A stretch of DNA of 19,646 nt. It comes from a virus (lineage: Duplodnaviria > Heunggongvirae > Uroviricota > Caudoviricetes). Within the stretch, counting starts at the first letter, position 1. Each line of letters opens with the position of its first letter. The stretch is from IMG/VR virus record IMGVR_UViG_3300030444_000128. The stretch is one strand, 5' to 3'. Below, in pieces: positions 1 to 8,731 of this stretch. A program made the position numbers and the translations under genes. The notes beneath the pieces are model-generated. The model had not been told where the DNA came from. It did no database searches and saw only the letters and a list, made by a program, of their open reading frames with translations.

Positions 1-89
1 TAGCGCTGATGTCCGGCAGTGCTTTTGCCGTTACGCACCACCCCGTCAGTAGCTGAACAGGAGGGACAGCTGATAGAAACAGAAGCCAC
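1..89 (-). CDS. insA: IS1 InsA, N-terminal part (partial, runs off window start)
   Basis: Minus-strand reading from the GTG at 89-87 gives (M)[28 protein letters not shown], the known InsA N-terminus with its CxxC zinc-finger motif. Shorter than the ORF-track cutoff so not listed there. Confidence 0.7.
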   Translation of the reverse strand, partial: MASVSISCPSCSATDGVVRNGKSTAGHQR

Positions 90-144
90 TGGAGCACCTC
101 AAAAACACCATCATACACTAAATCAGTAAGTTGGCAGCATCACC
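1..144 (-). mobile_element. IS1 left end (partial; element continues beyond window start)
   Basis: Reverse complement of 122-144 is GGTGATGCTGCCAACTTACTGAT, which I recognise as the IS1 terminal inverted repeat. Positions 1-144 read as the first ~144 nt of IS1 in reverse orientation, including the InsA N-terminus. From memory, not searched. Confidence 0.85.
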
Positions 145-363
145 TATCACGGCATGCGAATTGAGCTTAAAGAACCAAATGGTAAAGCCCCGACGAAAGA
201 GCAGATCGCCTGGATGCGCAGGCTTAGAGAGGAAGGTTACTACGTCGTTCTTGCGTATGGTGCAGAACAAGCGATAACCGCCATCCTGGAATACATAAGC
301 CTTAAAAAGGGTGAGGCTATTGAGCATGTATTGAACGGCGACAAGTGGTTGTATGCTGCTTAA
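145..363 (+). pseudogene. VRR-NUC domain nuclease gene, 3' portion only, interrupted by IS1
   Basis: ORF 154-363 encodes IELKEP...PTKEQIAWMRRLREEGYYVVLAYGAEQAITAILEY, resembling the C-terminal half of a VRR-NUC (PD-(D/E)xK) domain with the ExK motif but not the upstream PD motif. The reading frame runs back into IS1 and hits a stop at 127-129. No convincing SD precedes ATG 154. Confidence 0.45.
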
Positions 364-429
364 AATAATAAATTAATTAGTGCATATGTGCTCTTTGATA
401 TAGCGCACATTAACATCGGGAGAATAATC

Positions 430-585
430 GTGTCATTCAAGGCTAATTATGAATCGCTGGCATCGATCATGCCGCGTAATGAACAGGAAGCAGATGCTGT
501 AGTGGACCCGGTAATCGCTGAAATGAATGCTCGCCTGGAGGCTGAATTTGCAGCTGAGAATGAACATACCACCCAGGGCGACTAG
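430..585 (+). CDS. small hypothetical protein (~51 aa from GTG 430)
   Basis: ORF 388-585. The GTG at 430 is preceded by GGGAGA (417-422) at good spacing. No recognisable domain. The start is uncertain (GTG 388 is the alternative). Confidence 0.3.
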   Translation: MSFKANYESLASIMPRNEQEADAVVDPVIAEMNARLEAEFAAENEHTTQGD

Positions 586-1189
586 GACTGTTTTTTGTGT
601 CGGTAGCGGTCCGTCACTCACTCGTGAGGACTGTGCTGCTATAGAAAAAACTGGCTGTTCAATCATCGCGGTTAACAATTCCTGGCAGATGTTCGATGAC
701 ATTTATGCCTTATACGCCGGTGATTTGTCATGGTGGAAGCAATACGGATCCACCATACCGGGAGGGAGATTCCGCAAAGTGACAGCCAACCTGGCGGCGG
801 CGAAATCATTTTCGTTGGAGTACAGGCGATATTGTGGACCGGCGGAAGGGGTAAATAGCGGCGCGCAGGCTATCAGTCTGGCTGCTGAATCAGGGGCTGA
901 AGTAGTGGTATTAGTCGGCTATGACTGTTCTCTGCAAAACGGCCTTCATTGGCATGGCGCGCACCCTCAAGCCCTACGGAATCCAACGCAGGTGTCTATT
1001 TCAAAATGGCAACAGCAGTTCCTGGATACCCGCAAAAAACACGCAGATTTACATATTTTGAATGCAAGTAGGAGCAGTGCAATTCAATGTTTCCCAAGAA
1101 TAAATTTAGAGGCAGTGATCGCGTTATTATCGTCGGCAGTGGCCCAAGCGCCGCAAACTTTGTTGCGCCGCGCGGAGTGCCGATTATAG
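560..1189 (+). CDS. GT42/DUF115-like Rossmann protein (putative glycosyltransferase-like), paralog 1
   Basis: ORF 527-1189. N-terminal FCVGSGPSL...IIAVNN, then VVVLVGYDCS and LHWHG, resemble the GNGPSL / GID / catalytic-His layout of Cst-II-type (GT42) and DUF115/Maf proteins. Start placed at ATG 560, which puts the GSGPS motif at residues 14-19 as in paralog 2; the ATG at 527 overlaps the upstream ORF. Confidence 0.5.
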   Translation: MNIPPRATRTVFCVGSGPSLTREDCAAIEKTGCSIIAVNNSWQMFDDIYALYAGDLSWWKQYGSTIPGGRFRKVTANLAAAKSFSLEYRRYCGPAEGVNSGAQAISLAAESGAEVVVLVGYDCSLQNGLHWHGAHPQALRNPTQVSISKWQQQFLDTRKKHADLHILNASRSSAIQCFPRINLEAVIALLSSAVAQAPQTLLRRAECRL

Positions 1190-1713
1190 CGGTCAATGGG
1201 GCCATCGACTGGCTTAACCGCGCTTCTTATTTTTTCACCCTTGATCCATCGCCAGACAATATGCGGCGCGTTGGTCGTGGCCGCCGTCGCCGTGGTGTTT
1301 GTTATTGCATGGCACTACCCGATGTTAAAGAACGTGAAGTCAGAGATGGCGTTCTGTGCTTCCGTCGTGTGGCTGAGCGCGGCACGGAGCCAAAAAATAC
1401 GAATTCTCCCGAGTGGTGGGCGTGGCGCTGGTCCGCACATTTCGGCCTTTGCGAAGATGAGAATGAAATTGCCAGCGGCAATAGTGCATATGGTGCTCTG
1501 AACCTGGCTTTCCATATCGGATTCAAACATGTCGCCCTGGTGGGCGTTGACGCTACACAAGAACCACGCGTTCACTCCGGCGGCACGCCAAAAAATCTAA
1601 GTCACCTGCCTTTGTTATTCCAGTCTGCGCGTGAACAGATTGACGTTGTTTCATGCGGGAAAATGGGAGGTATTCCGCAGATGACTCTTAAAGAATGGCT
1701 GAAGAATACATGA
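1087..1713 (+). CDS. GT42/DUF115-like Rossmann protein (putative glycosyltransferase-like), paralog 2
   Basis: ORF 1087-1713. IIVGSGPSA...IIAVNG, then VALVGVDAT and RVHSGG, parallel the motifs of the upstream gene (tandem paralogs). AGGAG at 1070-1074. Overlaps the 3' end of the upstream gene by about 100 nt in another frame. Confidence 0.55.
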   Translation: MFPKNKFRGSDRVIIVGSGPSAANFVAPRGVPIIAVNGAIDWLNRASYFFTLDPSPDNMRRVGRGRRRRGVCYCMALPDVKEREVRDGVLCFRRVAERGTEPKNTNSPEWWAWRWSAHFGLCEDENEIASGNSAYGALNLAFHIGFKHVALVGVDATQEPRVHSGGTPKNLSHLPLLFQSAREQIDVVSCGKMGGIPQMTLKEWLKNT

Positions 1714-2387
1714 TGGCACCCACAATTTATCACCGTATCGACGGTACCAAATACAGGAATGTCTGGGTTGTTGGTGATCTGCATGGTTGCTACACCAGAC
1801 TGATGTCCGAACTCCATCGTGTGGATTTTGACCCGGCGCAGGATTTACTGATATCGTTCGGCGACCTTATCGATCGCGGTACTGAAAATGTCGAATGTCT
1901 GGAACTATTGCAGATGCCCTGGTTCAGGGCAGTGATGGGGAACCATGAGCGGCTGATGATTGATGCGTTAAGTCCAGATGGCAACGTGAATAACTGGCTA
2001 ATGAATGGCGGACAATGGTTCTTCATGCTGGACACTGATCAGGAAATATTAGCCTGGGCGCTGGTGGAGCTGGTAAAGCGTCTGCCCTATATCATTGAGT
2101 TGAACACCGGGCAAGAAACTATCGTTATAGCCCATGCCGACTATCCGGATAATGAATACCAATTCGGTAAGGAGGTGCCGCTTTTCAACGTTGTCTGGGC
2201 GCGCGAGCGTATCAGTGATTCGATGGATGATATTGGTGGCGAAATTTCGGGCGCAGATCGTTTTATCTTTGGTCACACTCCGGTGAAAAGCCCGAAGACA
2301 TTCTGGAATCAGCATTATATCGACACAGGTGCCGTATTTTGCGGAAACCTGACATTGATGAAAGTGAAAGGTGATGGTGCAGCATGA
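1695..2387 (+). CDS. Ser/Thr protein phosphatase, lambda-PPase-like (calcineurin-like metallophosphoesterase)
   Basis: Motifs in order: GDLHG, GDLIDRG, GNHE, then ...GHTP...IDTGAVF. Strongly resembles phage lambda phosphatase / E. coli PrpA along its whole length. Start could be ATG 1695, 1710 or 1713. Confidence 0.85.
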   Translation: MAEEYMMAPTIYHRIDGTKYRNVWVVGDLHGCYTRLMSELHRVDFDPAQDLLISFGDLIDRGTENVECLELLQMPWFRAVMGNHERLMIDALSPDGNVNNWLMNGGQWFFMLDTDQEILAWALVELVKRLPYIIELNTGQETIVIAHADYPDNEYQFGKEVPLFNVVWARERISDSMDDIGGEISGADRFIFGHTPVKSPKTFWNQHYIDTGAVFCGNLTLMKVKGDGAA

Positions 2388-3085
2388 AGATTGCTTTAGT
2401 TCTTCGCTCTGGTGGTGACTATAACGCTTCCGATGTGCAGTGGCTGGTTAATCAACTGCCAAAAGGCTATGAAATTATTTGCCTGACAGACCTGAAGCGT
2501 TTACATGTACCTGGCGTCAAAGTTGTCCCATTGATCAACCAGTGGCAAAAGTGCCGTGGCTGGTGGGCGAAAATCGAGTTGTTCCGACCGGATATAACCG
2601 ATGATCTGTTCTATCTGGATTTGGACACGGTTATTGCCGGTGATATACGCCCAATCCTAGAGAATCCACCAACCAGCTTCACCATGCTTAGGGATTTTTA
2701 CCATCCACAATATCGTGGCAGCGGTGCCCTGTGGATACCAAATAGTGTAAAAGTGCATATCTGGAGTGCATTCTGGCAAGATCCGGAAGGTTGGATTGCT
2801 CGTTGTGTTACTACTGAATGCTGGGGTGAGCAGGGGTTTTTGCGGAAGGTTATGGGTGATGATACACCAGTATTTCAGGATCTGTATCCGGGATGGTTTG
2901 TAAGTTACAAGGCCGATGTTGTGGAACCTGGTTCGAAATATGCGAGCGCGCGTTACTCCAGGGGGAATGGGGCATTACCAAAAGACTGCCGAATAATCTT
3001 TTTCCACGGCAAACCGCGACCTCGCGAAGTGTCAGAGGATTGGCTTCCCCTTATCAGCTCATTTTTTGAGCGAGAATCAGAATAA
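2384..3085 (+). CDS. hypothetical protein, possible nucleotide-sugar (DXD-type) glycosyltransferase
   Basis: ORF 2384-3085, start overlapping the phosphatase stop (ATGA). Contains YLDLDTVI (DXD-like) after a beta-alpha-beta-like N-terminus. Family assignment is weak. Confidence 0.45.
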   Translation: MKIALVLRSGGDYNASDVQWLVNQLPKGYEIICLTDLKRLHVPGVKVVPLINQWQKCRGWWAKIELFRPDITDDLFYLDLDTVIAGDIRPILENPPTSFTMLRDFYHPQYRGSGALWIPNSVKVHIWSAFWQDPEGWIARCVTTECWGEQGFLRKVMGDDTPVFQDLYPGWFVSYKADVVEPGSKYASARYSRGNGALPKDCRIIFFHGKPRPREVSEDWLPLISSFFERESE

Positions 3086-3086
3086 T

Positions 3087-3103
3087 ATTGCTCTAATAAT
3101 TCC
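3087..3103 (+). promoter_or_regulatory. C1-repressor operator-like site
   Basis: ATTGCTCTAATAATTCC versus the P1 C1 operator consensus ATTGCTCTAATAAATTT as I remember it (14/17). Lies immediately after the stop at 3083-3085. Confidence 0.6.
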
Positions 3104-3111
3104 ATATTTTT

Positions 3112-3141
3112 AAAACGTGATGTACACTCATCACGTTTTTT
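3112..3141. terminator. bidirectional rho-independent terminator
   Basis: AAAACGTGATG-TACACT-CATCACGTTTT: perfect 11-bp stem with an A-tract before and a T-tract after, so a hairpin plus U-run forms on either strand. Confidence 0.65.
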
Positions 3142-3152
3142 ATTAGAGCAAT
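3136..3152 (-). promoter_or_regulatory. C1-repressor operator-like site (inverted relative to 3087-3103)
   Basis: Minus strand reads ATTGCTCTAATAAAAAA (14/17 to consensus). Together with 3087-3103 it forms an inverted operator pair around the terminator, directly upstream of the 3167 operon. Confidence 0.55.
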
Positions 3153-3166
3153 CTATAAGGTGCACT

Positions 3167-3385
3167 ATGTGGCCATTCCGACGGAAATATCACTACTGGC
3201 TGATCGCCTTTGTTACGCTGACCGGCGGTATCAGGCATGTCATCACCAGGTATCGCAACAAGAGACTCACCTTAGCCAGAATTTTACAGGCTGCCATAGG
3301 TGAGGGACTGGATACAAATTGCGTAGTCCTTCCACCTTCATACTTAGGAAAAATGACCGAAGCACAAGCTAATACGGAACTTTGA
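3167..3385 (+). CDS. small hypothetical protein, probable single-pass membrane protein
   Basis: ORF 3167-3385 (72 aa). AAGGTG at 3157-3162, 4 nt before the ATG. Hydrophobic stretch YWLIAFVTLTGGI. Stop at 3383-3385 lies 1 nt before the next ATG (coupling). Confidence 0.4.
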   Translation: MWPFRRKYHYWLIAFVTLTGGIRHVITRYRNKRLTLARILQAAIGEGLDTNCVVLPPSYLGKMTEAQANTEL

Positions 3386-3386
3386 A

Positions 3387-4649
3387 ATGAGCACTTCAGC
3401 ACAAAACCAATCAATCGAAAATGTATCTATCCCTGATGTCCTGAATGCCGGTATCCCGGCCATTATCCAGAACATCCGGGCCGCGCAACGCCGCGTTAGT
3501 TGTGATGACCTCACAGCACGTTTTTTTGATAATGCGGTTCAGTCAGCGGAGATGCTTCACGCACAGCTTATTGATGTTTATAACGCAGAAGCTGATAGCC
3601 ATAACTCCCTGGTAGATGCAGCTGAAAATATGCAGTTGGATCTCGGTCTGAAGGGTAAAGAAATTGAAGAGCTTCAGCTGCAAATTGAACATTTGAAACG
3701 CCAGCAACAGGACGCGATCGACGATGCGACGCATGACGCCAACCAGCGTGCTGATAATGCCGAACGTATAAGCATTGAGCTGGAAACAAAACTCAATGAA
3801 ATGACCGCGATGGTTGAACTGCGGAACTCACAGATTTCAACGCTAAAATCTCAATATAAAGAGATCATGAAACTTGATCCTTTTAACCTTGAGAAACGCT
3901 ATAACAAAGCTAAAAGCGAGCGACAGGAACTGCGTAAGCAGGTCGCTGACCTTAACCAACAGCTCAAAAAAACTATTAAAGATGCAAGCGAAGCGCGCGT
4001 GGCATTTGCTAATAAAAAAGCAGAGGTTACCGCGCTGGTTAATGAGAATGCCAAATTTGCGACGCTCAAGAAGGAAATGTATGGCATTACTGAGCGCCGT
4101 TTCCCTGCAAGCAAACTTCATCCGACGTTAGGGCAAATCTCCTTCTTCCCGCGCCTCCTGGCTTATGGGATCTCATCGCCTAAAGAGTTCAATAACGAGC
4201 GTCCTTATATCGTTTCTAAGCTGGACTTTGCTTATCAGTTCTGCTGCGACATGGGCTATGCCATTGATATCCGAATCAACGAATGGTTGATGCCAAACTT
4301 CCAGCCGTTGGCAATTTTCCGCGAGTTCCAGCCGGAAGGTTGGGTAGAGTTCTTCCATGAATTGATCTGTAAAGAGATGGAAAGCCGCCGCCCGGAATTG
4401 GTCCGTCGAGTTGAGTGGGCGCAAGAGGTTATGTTGGCAGATGCAGAGCTGCCGTTCGAACCGGAATTCATTGATGATCTGGCAACTAAAGGGCTGCATA
4501 CCCTGTTTGATGTGGTTACCCGCCGTCATGAGCAGTTGGTTGTCGAATTGGGTTTAGAGGAAACTGCGGCAAGAAGACTTCTCGATGTTTGCTATGCACG
4601 TAGCGATGCATGGGAAAAAGAGAACGGCGGCACTATTTACGTTCGCTGA
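3387..4649 (+). CDS. hypothetical coiled-coil protein (420 aa)
   Basis: Long ORF with a heptad-like, charged Q/E/K-rich segment at roughly residues 90-220 and a globular C-terminal half. No family recognised. Followed by a strong terminator. Confidence 0.7.
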   Translation: MSTSAQNQSIENVSIPDVLNAGIPAIIQNIRAAQRRVSCDDLTARFFDNAVQSAEMLHAQLIDVYNAEADSHNSLVDAAENMQLDLGLKGKEIEELQLQIEHLKRQQQDAIDDATHDANQRADNAERISIELETKLNEMTAMVELRNSQISTLKSQYKEIMKLDPFNLEKRYNKAKSERQELRKQVADLNQQLKKTIKDASEARVAFANKKAEVTALVNENAKFATLKKEMYGITERRFPASKLHPTLGQISFFPRLLAYGISSPKEFNNERPYIVSKLDFAYQFCCDMGYAIDIRINEWLMPNFQPLAIFREFQPEGWVEFFHELICKEMESRRPELVRRVEWAQEVMLADAELPFEPEFIDDLATKGLHTLFDVVTRRHEQLVVELGLEETAARRLLDVCYARSDAWEKENGGTIYVR

Positions 4650-4668
4650 TGGTTACAGTGTCACTTTT

Positions 4669-4703
4669 AATGCTGGTGGAGTGCGCCCACCAGCATTTTT
4701 TTT
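4669..4703 (+). terminator. rho-independent terminator
   Basis: AATGCTGGTGG-AGTGCGC-CCACCAGCATT followed by TTTTTT: 11-bp GC-rich stem plus T-tract, 20 nt after the stop at 4649. Confidence 0.8.
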
Positions 4704-4722
4704 CGTCCAATGAGGAGGGCAT

Positions 4723-5229
4723 TTGAGTATTTACAATAAACACGCACACCAGGAACGTCCGTACATCGTCATAGTAGATATTGATGGGACGATATCAGAG
4801 GCAACGGAAGACAGGTTGCATTTACTTCCACCACCTGGCAAAGGTGCATTAACAGAGCACTGGAACGAGTTTAACCTTGCCTGTGACACTGATGCTCCCA
4901 TCACTCCAGTTATTGATATGGTGCGCCAGTTGTCCAGCATTTACACGCTCTGGTTTGTAACCGGGCGCTGTGAGATAGCCAGGGATAAAACACGAGCCTG
5001 GTTGCGTAAGCACGTAACAAATGGGGCTGAGCCTTTGCTATCTATGCGTCCTGCCACCGATGACAGAAATGATGGTCCAGCAAAGATTGATCTCCTTAAG
5101 AAAATTGGTCTAAGTAAAATTGCATTCGCGCTGGAAGATAAGATTGAAGTAGCGCGTGTTTTCAGGCATCACGGCGTGCTTACGTTAATGGTCAGAGAGT
5201 ACGAAAATGCGCTTCTTCATCAACAATAA
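4723..5229 (+). CDS. HAD-superfamily hydrolase-like protein (putative phosphatase)
   Basis: TTG start with GAGGAGG at 4712-4718. N-terminal VIVDIDGTIS (HAD motif I, DxDGT), FVTGR (motif II), AKIDLLKK and ALEDK (motifs III/IV-like). Confidence 0.65.
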   Translation: MSIYNKHAHQERPYIVIVDIDGTISEATEDRLHLLPPPGKGALTEHWNEFNLACDTDAPITPVIDMVRQLSSIYTLWFVTGRCEIARDKTRAWLRKHVTNGAEPLLSMRPATDDRNDGPAKIDLLKKIGLSKIAFALEDKIEVARVFRHHGVLTLMVREYENALLHQQ

Positions 5230-5245
5230 TTGCTCTAATAAATCT
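5229..5245 (+). promoter_or_regulatory. C1-repressor operator-like site
   Basis: ATTGCTCTAATAAATCT, 16/17 to the remembered consensus, overlapping the stop codon of the HAD gene. Confidence 0.65.
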
Positions 5246-5327
5246 TGATTTTTAAAACGGAGAAAGTGAAAATAAAAACATGCCGCAAGGCGCGGCATGT
5301 ATCCAATCAATCACAGGAGCTGAAAAT

Positions 5328-5414
5328 ATGAACACGGCATTCAAAATCATTATGGCCGCGATCTATTTCTGGCTGTTCTCTATCACTTTTGGCGGCATCG
5401 TCGCGCATGGGTAA
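5328..5414 (+). CDS. possible 28-aa hydrophobic peptide
   Basis: ATG 5328 preceded by AGGAG (5315-5319). Encodes MNTAFKIIMAAIYFWLFSITFGGIVAHG, essentially one transmembrane helix. Below the ORF-track cutoff; the call rests on the RBS and hydrophobicity only. Confidence 0.3.
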   Translation: MNTAFKIIMAAIYFWLFSITFGGIVAHG

Positions 5415-5493
5415 GGGGAGTATATTAGCCATTTGGAACCCCACGAGCTCTTGCGGGTTTAATTAAGAACCCGCAAGAAAAACACGAATTGGG

Positions 5494-8400
5494 CTATATT
5501 TTTCCGCCTACGCCTTTAAACTTCTCAATAAACGAGACGATTTTCTGGAAAACTGCCTGTTTTTTCGTTTTATATTGCGGATTCAACGGACTAAGTTTTG
5601 GTAATGTTTCGTTTAATTCTGTGCCATTTTCGGTGGCGTATTCGCGTTTTAAAGACGTGCGAATATAGCGTTTTGCTGCATCTTCATTGAGATTTTCTTC
5701 TTTTATCAATGCTTCTGCTTCACGTTGCTGTTCGCGTTGAGCAAACGTAAAGAATGCCTCAATGATACTGGCTTTGTCTGGTAAATCATCCAGGTTCGTT
5801 TGCTGAATAAAATCGACCACCAGGCCCTCTTTCGCCCGGTTCCCCAGGCTTGAACGAATTAAGCGTTTGACCTCTTCGATCATTTCGCCCTTGCCTTTAT
5901 TTTGTCTGTTGTGTTCGAAAATCAGTCCAAGGATATAATCCAGGTTTATTTCCTGAGACTTCAGCAAATCGACCTCAAAAACCACGTCATCCCAGTCAGT
6001 GGTTGATTTCTCTTTTTTCTCAGCTTCTTTCTCACGGCGCTGCCAGTCGCGAATATCGTTATAGGCAGAACGATAATCCTGAATCTTGCGATCAGCAGGG
6101 AGACGAATTGTTTGCAATTCAGCGAACTTTTCATCATCCACATAATGTTCTGCTTTGAATTTTTCTACCGCAACAGGATCGCTAAGATCGATTTGTTGCA
6201 GGGCTTTTAGCGTGGCAAATTCATCATAGTTTTGCAGGATGTTCTCGGCACGCAGGTATTCGCCAAACAGTTTAACGAAGTCTTTCTTCTCTTTTTCACT
6301 TTCAATACTGGCAGGGTCAGGGAACCGTTGTTCCAGTTCTGAAACTACTGCCATAAAGCCGCGTTTGGCTTCACCGGTGGCAGCATCAGTAAAACCTTCC
6401 ATATACTCTGCATAACTCTTTTCTAACACCACATTTTTGGTATTTTTATCACCAAACAGCGTTATGGCATCAATGGTTGAGCGTTCCAGATCCCGAAAAG
6501 TGACAATGTTACCGAAGGTTTTAGTGGCGTTATAAATGCGGTTGGTGCGGGAAAATGCCTGCATCAGGCCGTGAAAACGCAAGTTTTTATCGACGAATAG
6601 CGTGTTCAATGTTGGAGCGTCGAAGCCGGTTAAAAACATCCCAACGACAATTAACAGATCGATATCCTGATTTTTAACCCGTTGGGCTAAATCGCGATAG
6701 TAGTTCTGAAAACCGTTACCGTCGGTGCTGAAGTTAGTTTTAAAATAGCTGTTATACTCACGAATTGCAGCGTCAAGAAACTCTTTAGCACTGCTGTCCA
6801 TTGCGCTGGTATCAAAAGTTTCATCGGAAATTTCACCAATGGCATTTTGTTCTTCATTAGCGGCAAAGGAGAAGATTGTCGCAACACGCAGCGGTTTATA
6901 AGTTGCAGATTTATTAGCGGCTTCCTCTTGTAACCGTTTAAACGCCGCGTAATAGGCTTTTGCAGCATCCACGCTGCTCACTGCCAACATAGCATTAAAA
7001 CCTTTTGCGCCAGGGAAAGTACGGTGCGTCTTCTGGCGGAAGTTATTCAGAATATATTGCGTAATTTCCTGTATACGCATGGGATGAAGAAACGCCTGCT
7101 GATTTTCAGCCGCACTTAGTTTTTTCTCGTCAGTTTCTGTCTCTAAAGACTTAAACTGTGGCCGCACATCGTTGTAGTCCACCTTGAATTTGAGCACTTT
7201 TTCATCACGAATCGCATCGGTAATTACATACGAATGCAATTCACGACCAAATACGCTGGCGGTCGTTTCTGAGCCTAAGGCGTTTTCCGGGAAAATAGGT
7301 GTGCCGGTAAAACCAAACTGATAATAGCGTTTGAATTTCTTCTTCAGGTTTTTCTGCGCTTCTCCAAACTGGCTGCGGTGGCATTCATCAAATATAAACA
7401 CCACTTGCTGATTATATACAGGCAGGTCGCTTTCTGCTTTCATCAGGTTATTGAGTTTCTGAATAGTAGTGACGATAATTTTGTTATCGTCCTTATCCAG
7501 ATTTCGTTTAAGGCCTGCGGTATTTTCCGAGCCGTTGACGCTGTCTGGCGAAAAACGCTGATATTCCTTCATGGTCTGGTAATCGAGGTCTTTCCTGTCG
7601 ACCACAAAGAAGACTTTATCAATAAAGTCCAGCTCTGTTGCCAGACGCGCGGCTTTAAAGCTGGTGAGGGTTTTACCAGAACCGGTAGTGTGCCAGATAT
7701 ACCCACCGCTTTCCGGTTTTGACCAGTTCTTCGCTGTAAAGGAACTCTTAATTTTCCACAGAATGCGCTCGGTGGCGGCAATCTGGTACGGTCGCATCAC
7801 CAGTAGCGTCTGACTACTGTCAAAAACGCTGTAGTTCACCAGAACATTCAGCAGAGTATGTTTCTGGAAAAAGGTAGCGGTAAAGTCTTTGAGGTCTTTA
7901 ATCAGCGTGTTGTCTGATTTCGCCCAATTCATGGTGAAGTCAAAACTGTTTTTATCGCGCTTTGTCGTGTTGGCAAAATAACGGGTATCGGTGCCGTTAG
8001 AAATGACAAACAGTTGCAGATACTTAAACAGGGAATTTTCGCTGTTAAAACTCTCTTTACTGTAACGATGTATCTGGTTGAAAGCCTCACGAATCGCCAC
8101 CCCGCGTTTTTTTAGTTCGATTTGCACCAGCGGTAAACCATTAACCAGGATCGTGACGTCATAACGGTTAGCATGAGAACCCGTCTGTTCAAACTGCTGG
8201 ATAATCTGCACCTTATTGCGCATGAGATTCTTTTTATCTATCAAATAGATGTTCTCAAGTCGCCCGTCATCAAAAATAAAGTCGCAGATATAGTCGATAT
8301 GGATTTTACGGGTTTTATCCAGAATACCATCGCTGGGGTTGTCCAGATACTGCTCCGTGAAGCGCCGCCACTCGCTGTCATTAAACATCACACCATTGAG

Positions 8401-8610
8401 GCTCTGAAGCTGTTCCCGAACATTGGACAGCATTGCCGACTGTGATTTTACGGAAATAAATTCATAACCCTGATTTTGCAGGTCCTGAATCAGTTCACGT
8501 TCCAGGTCCGATTCGCTCTGGTAGCTGTCGCCTGTTGGCTCAGCTTTGATGTACTTATCAAGAACGATAAAGTTATTGGATTCAGCAATGGTGTGTGTCT
8601 GATGAGTCAT
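5494..8610 (-). CDS. hsdR: type I restriction enzyme R subunit (HsdR), EcoR124-like (type IC)
   Basis: 1038-aa ORF with helicase motifs ([12 protein letters not shown] Walker A; [14 protein letters not shown]-box-like) and the type I HsdR architecture. Length and N-terminus match my memory of EcoR124 HsdR. Lies downstream of hsdM-hsdS on the same strand. Confidence 0.93.
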   Translation of the reverse strand: MTHQTHTIAESNNFIVLDKYIKAEPTGDSYQSESDLERELIQDLQNQGYEFISVKSQSAMLSNVREQLQSLNGVMFNDSEWRRFTEQYLDNPSDGILDKTRKIHIDYICDFIFDDGRLENIYLIDKKNLMRNKVQIIQQFEQTGSHANRYDVTILVNGLPLVQIELKKRGVAIREAFNQIHRYSKESFNSENSLFKYLQLFVISNGTDTRYFANTTKRDKNSFDFTMNWAKSDNTLIKDLKDFTATFFQKHTLLNVLVNYSVFDSSQTLLVMRPYQIAATERILWKIKSSFTAKNWSKPESGGYIWHTTGSGKTLTSFKAARLATELDFIDKVFFVVDRKDLDYQTMKEYQRFSPDSVNGSENTAGLKRNLDKDDNKIIVTTIQKLNNLMKAESDLPVYNQQVVFIFDECHRSQFGEAQKNLKKKFKRYYQFGFTGTPIFPENALGSETTASVFGRELHSYVITDAIRDEKVLKFKVDYNDVRPQFKSLETETDEKKLSAAENQQAFLHPMRIQEITQYILNNFRQKTHRTFPGAKGFNAMLAVSSVDAAKAYYAAFKRLQEEAANKSATYKPLRVATIFSFAANEEQNAIGEISDETFDTSAMDSSAKEFLDAAIREYNSYFKTNFSTDGNGFQNYYRDLAQRVKNQDIDLLIVVGMFLTGFDAPTLNTLFVDKNLRFHGLMQAFSRTNRIYNATKTFGNIVTFRDLERSTIDAITLFGDKNTKNVVLEKSYAEYMEGFTDAATGEAKRGFMAVVSELEQRFPDPASIESEKEKKDFVKLFGEYLRAENILQNYDEFATLKALQQIDLSDPVAVEKFKAEHYVDDEKFAELQTIRLPADRKIQDYRSAYNDIRDWQRREKEAEKKEKSTTDWDDVVFEVDLLKSQEINLDYILGLIFEHNRQNKGKGEMIEEVKRLIRSSLGNRAKEGLVVDFIQQTNLDDLPDKASIIEAFFTFAQREQQREAEALIKEENLNEDAAKRYIRTSLKREYATENGTELNETLPKLSPLNPQYKTKKQAVFQKIVSFIEKFKGVGGKI

Positions 8611-8731
8611 AGCGCATCCTTTGTGCCGTCTGGCAAGGGCCGGAAGGGGGGTAATGGTGACTTCCGGCGCGTAAAAAATAGTCTATATACTGACCGGGTG
8701 TTAAGGTGGTCCGATCGGTAGCAATGATCAA

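Noticed and set aside
365-385. Operator-like sequence ATGCACTAATTAATTT (minus strand) upstream of the first operon
   Set aside because: It matches the consensus only with an indel plus two mismatches. Too weak to call on its own, though it resembles the 18994-19010 variant.
527-559. ATG 527 as start of the first GT42/DUF115-like gene, and ATG 12270 as start of pdcA
   Set aside because: Both extend into the preceding gene. Internal starts (560 and 12291) fit the paralog's motif spacing or follow the upstream stop. Start sites remain uncertain.
5450-5477. Stem-loop after hsdR considered as a rho-independent terminator
   Set aside because: The U-tract lies before rather than after the hairpin on the hsdR transcript, and an A-tract follows on the plus strand, so it is not a canonical terminator in either direction. 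Kept only as a structural and boundary marker.
8639-8668. 8-bp stem-loop between hsdS and hsdR considered as a terminator
   Set aside because: No T-tract follows it on the minus strand. More likely part of the hsdR promoter/leader region; no function can be supported.
7378-8721. Plus-strand ORFs (81-114 aa) antisense to hsdR and in the hsdS-hsdR intergenic region
   Set aside because: Antisense to hsdR with no start signals. The one at 8476-8721 spans the hsdR start and promoter region and has no features of a real protein.
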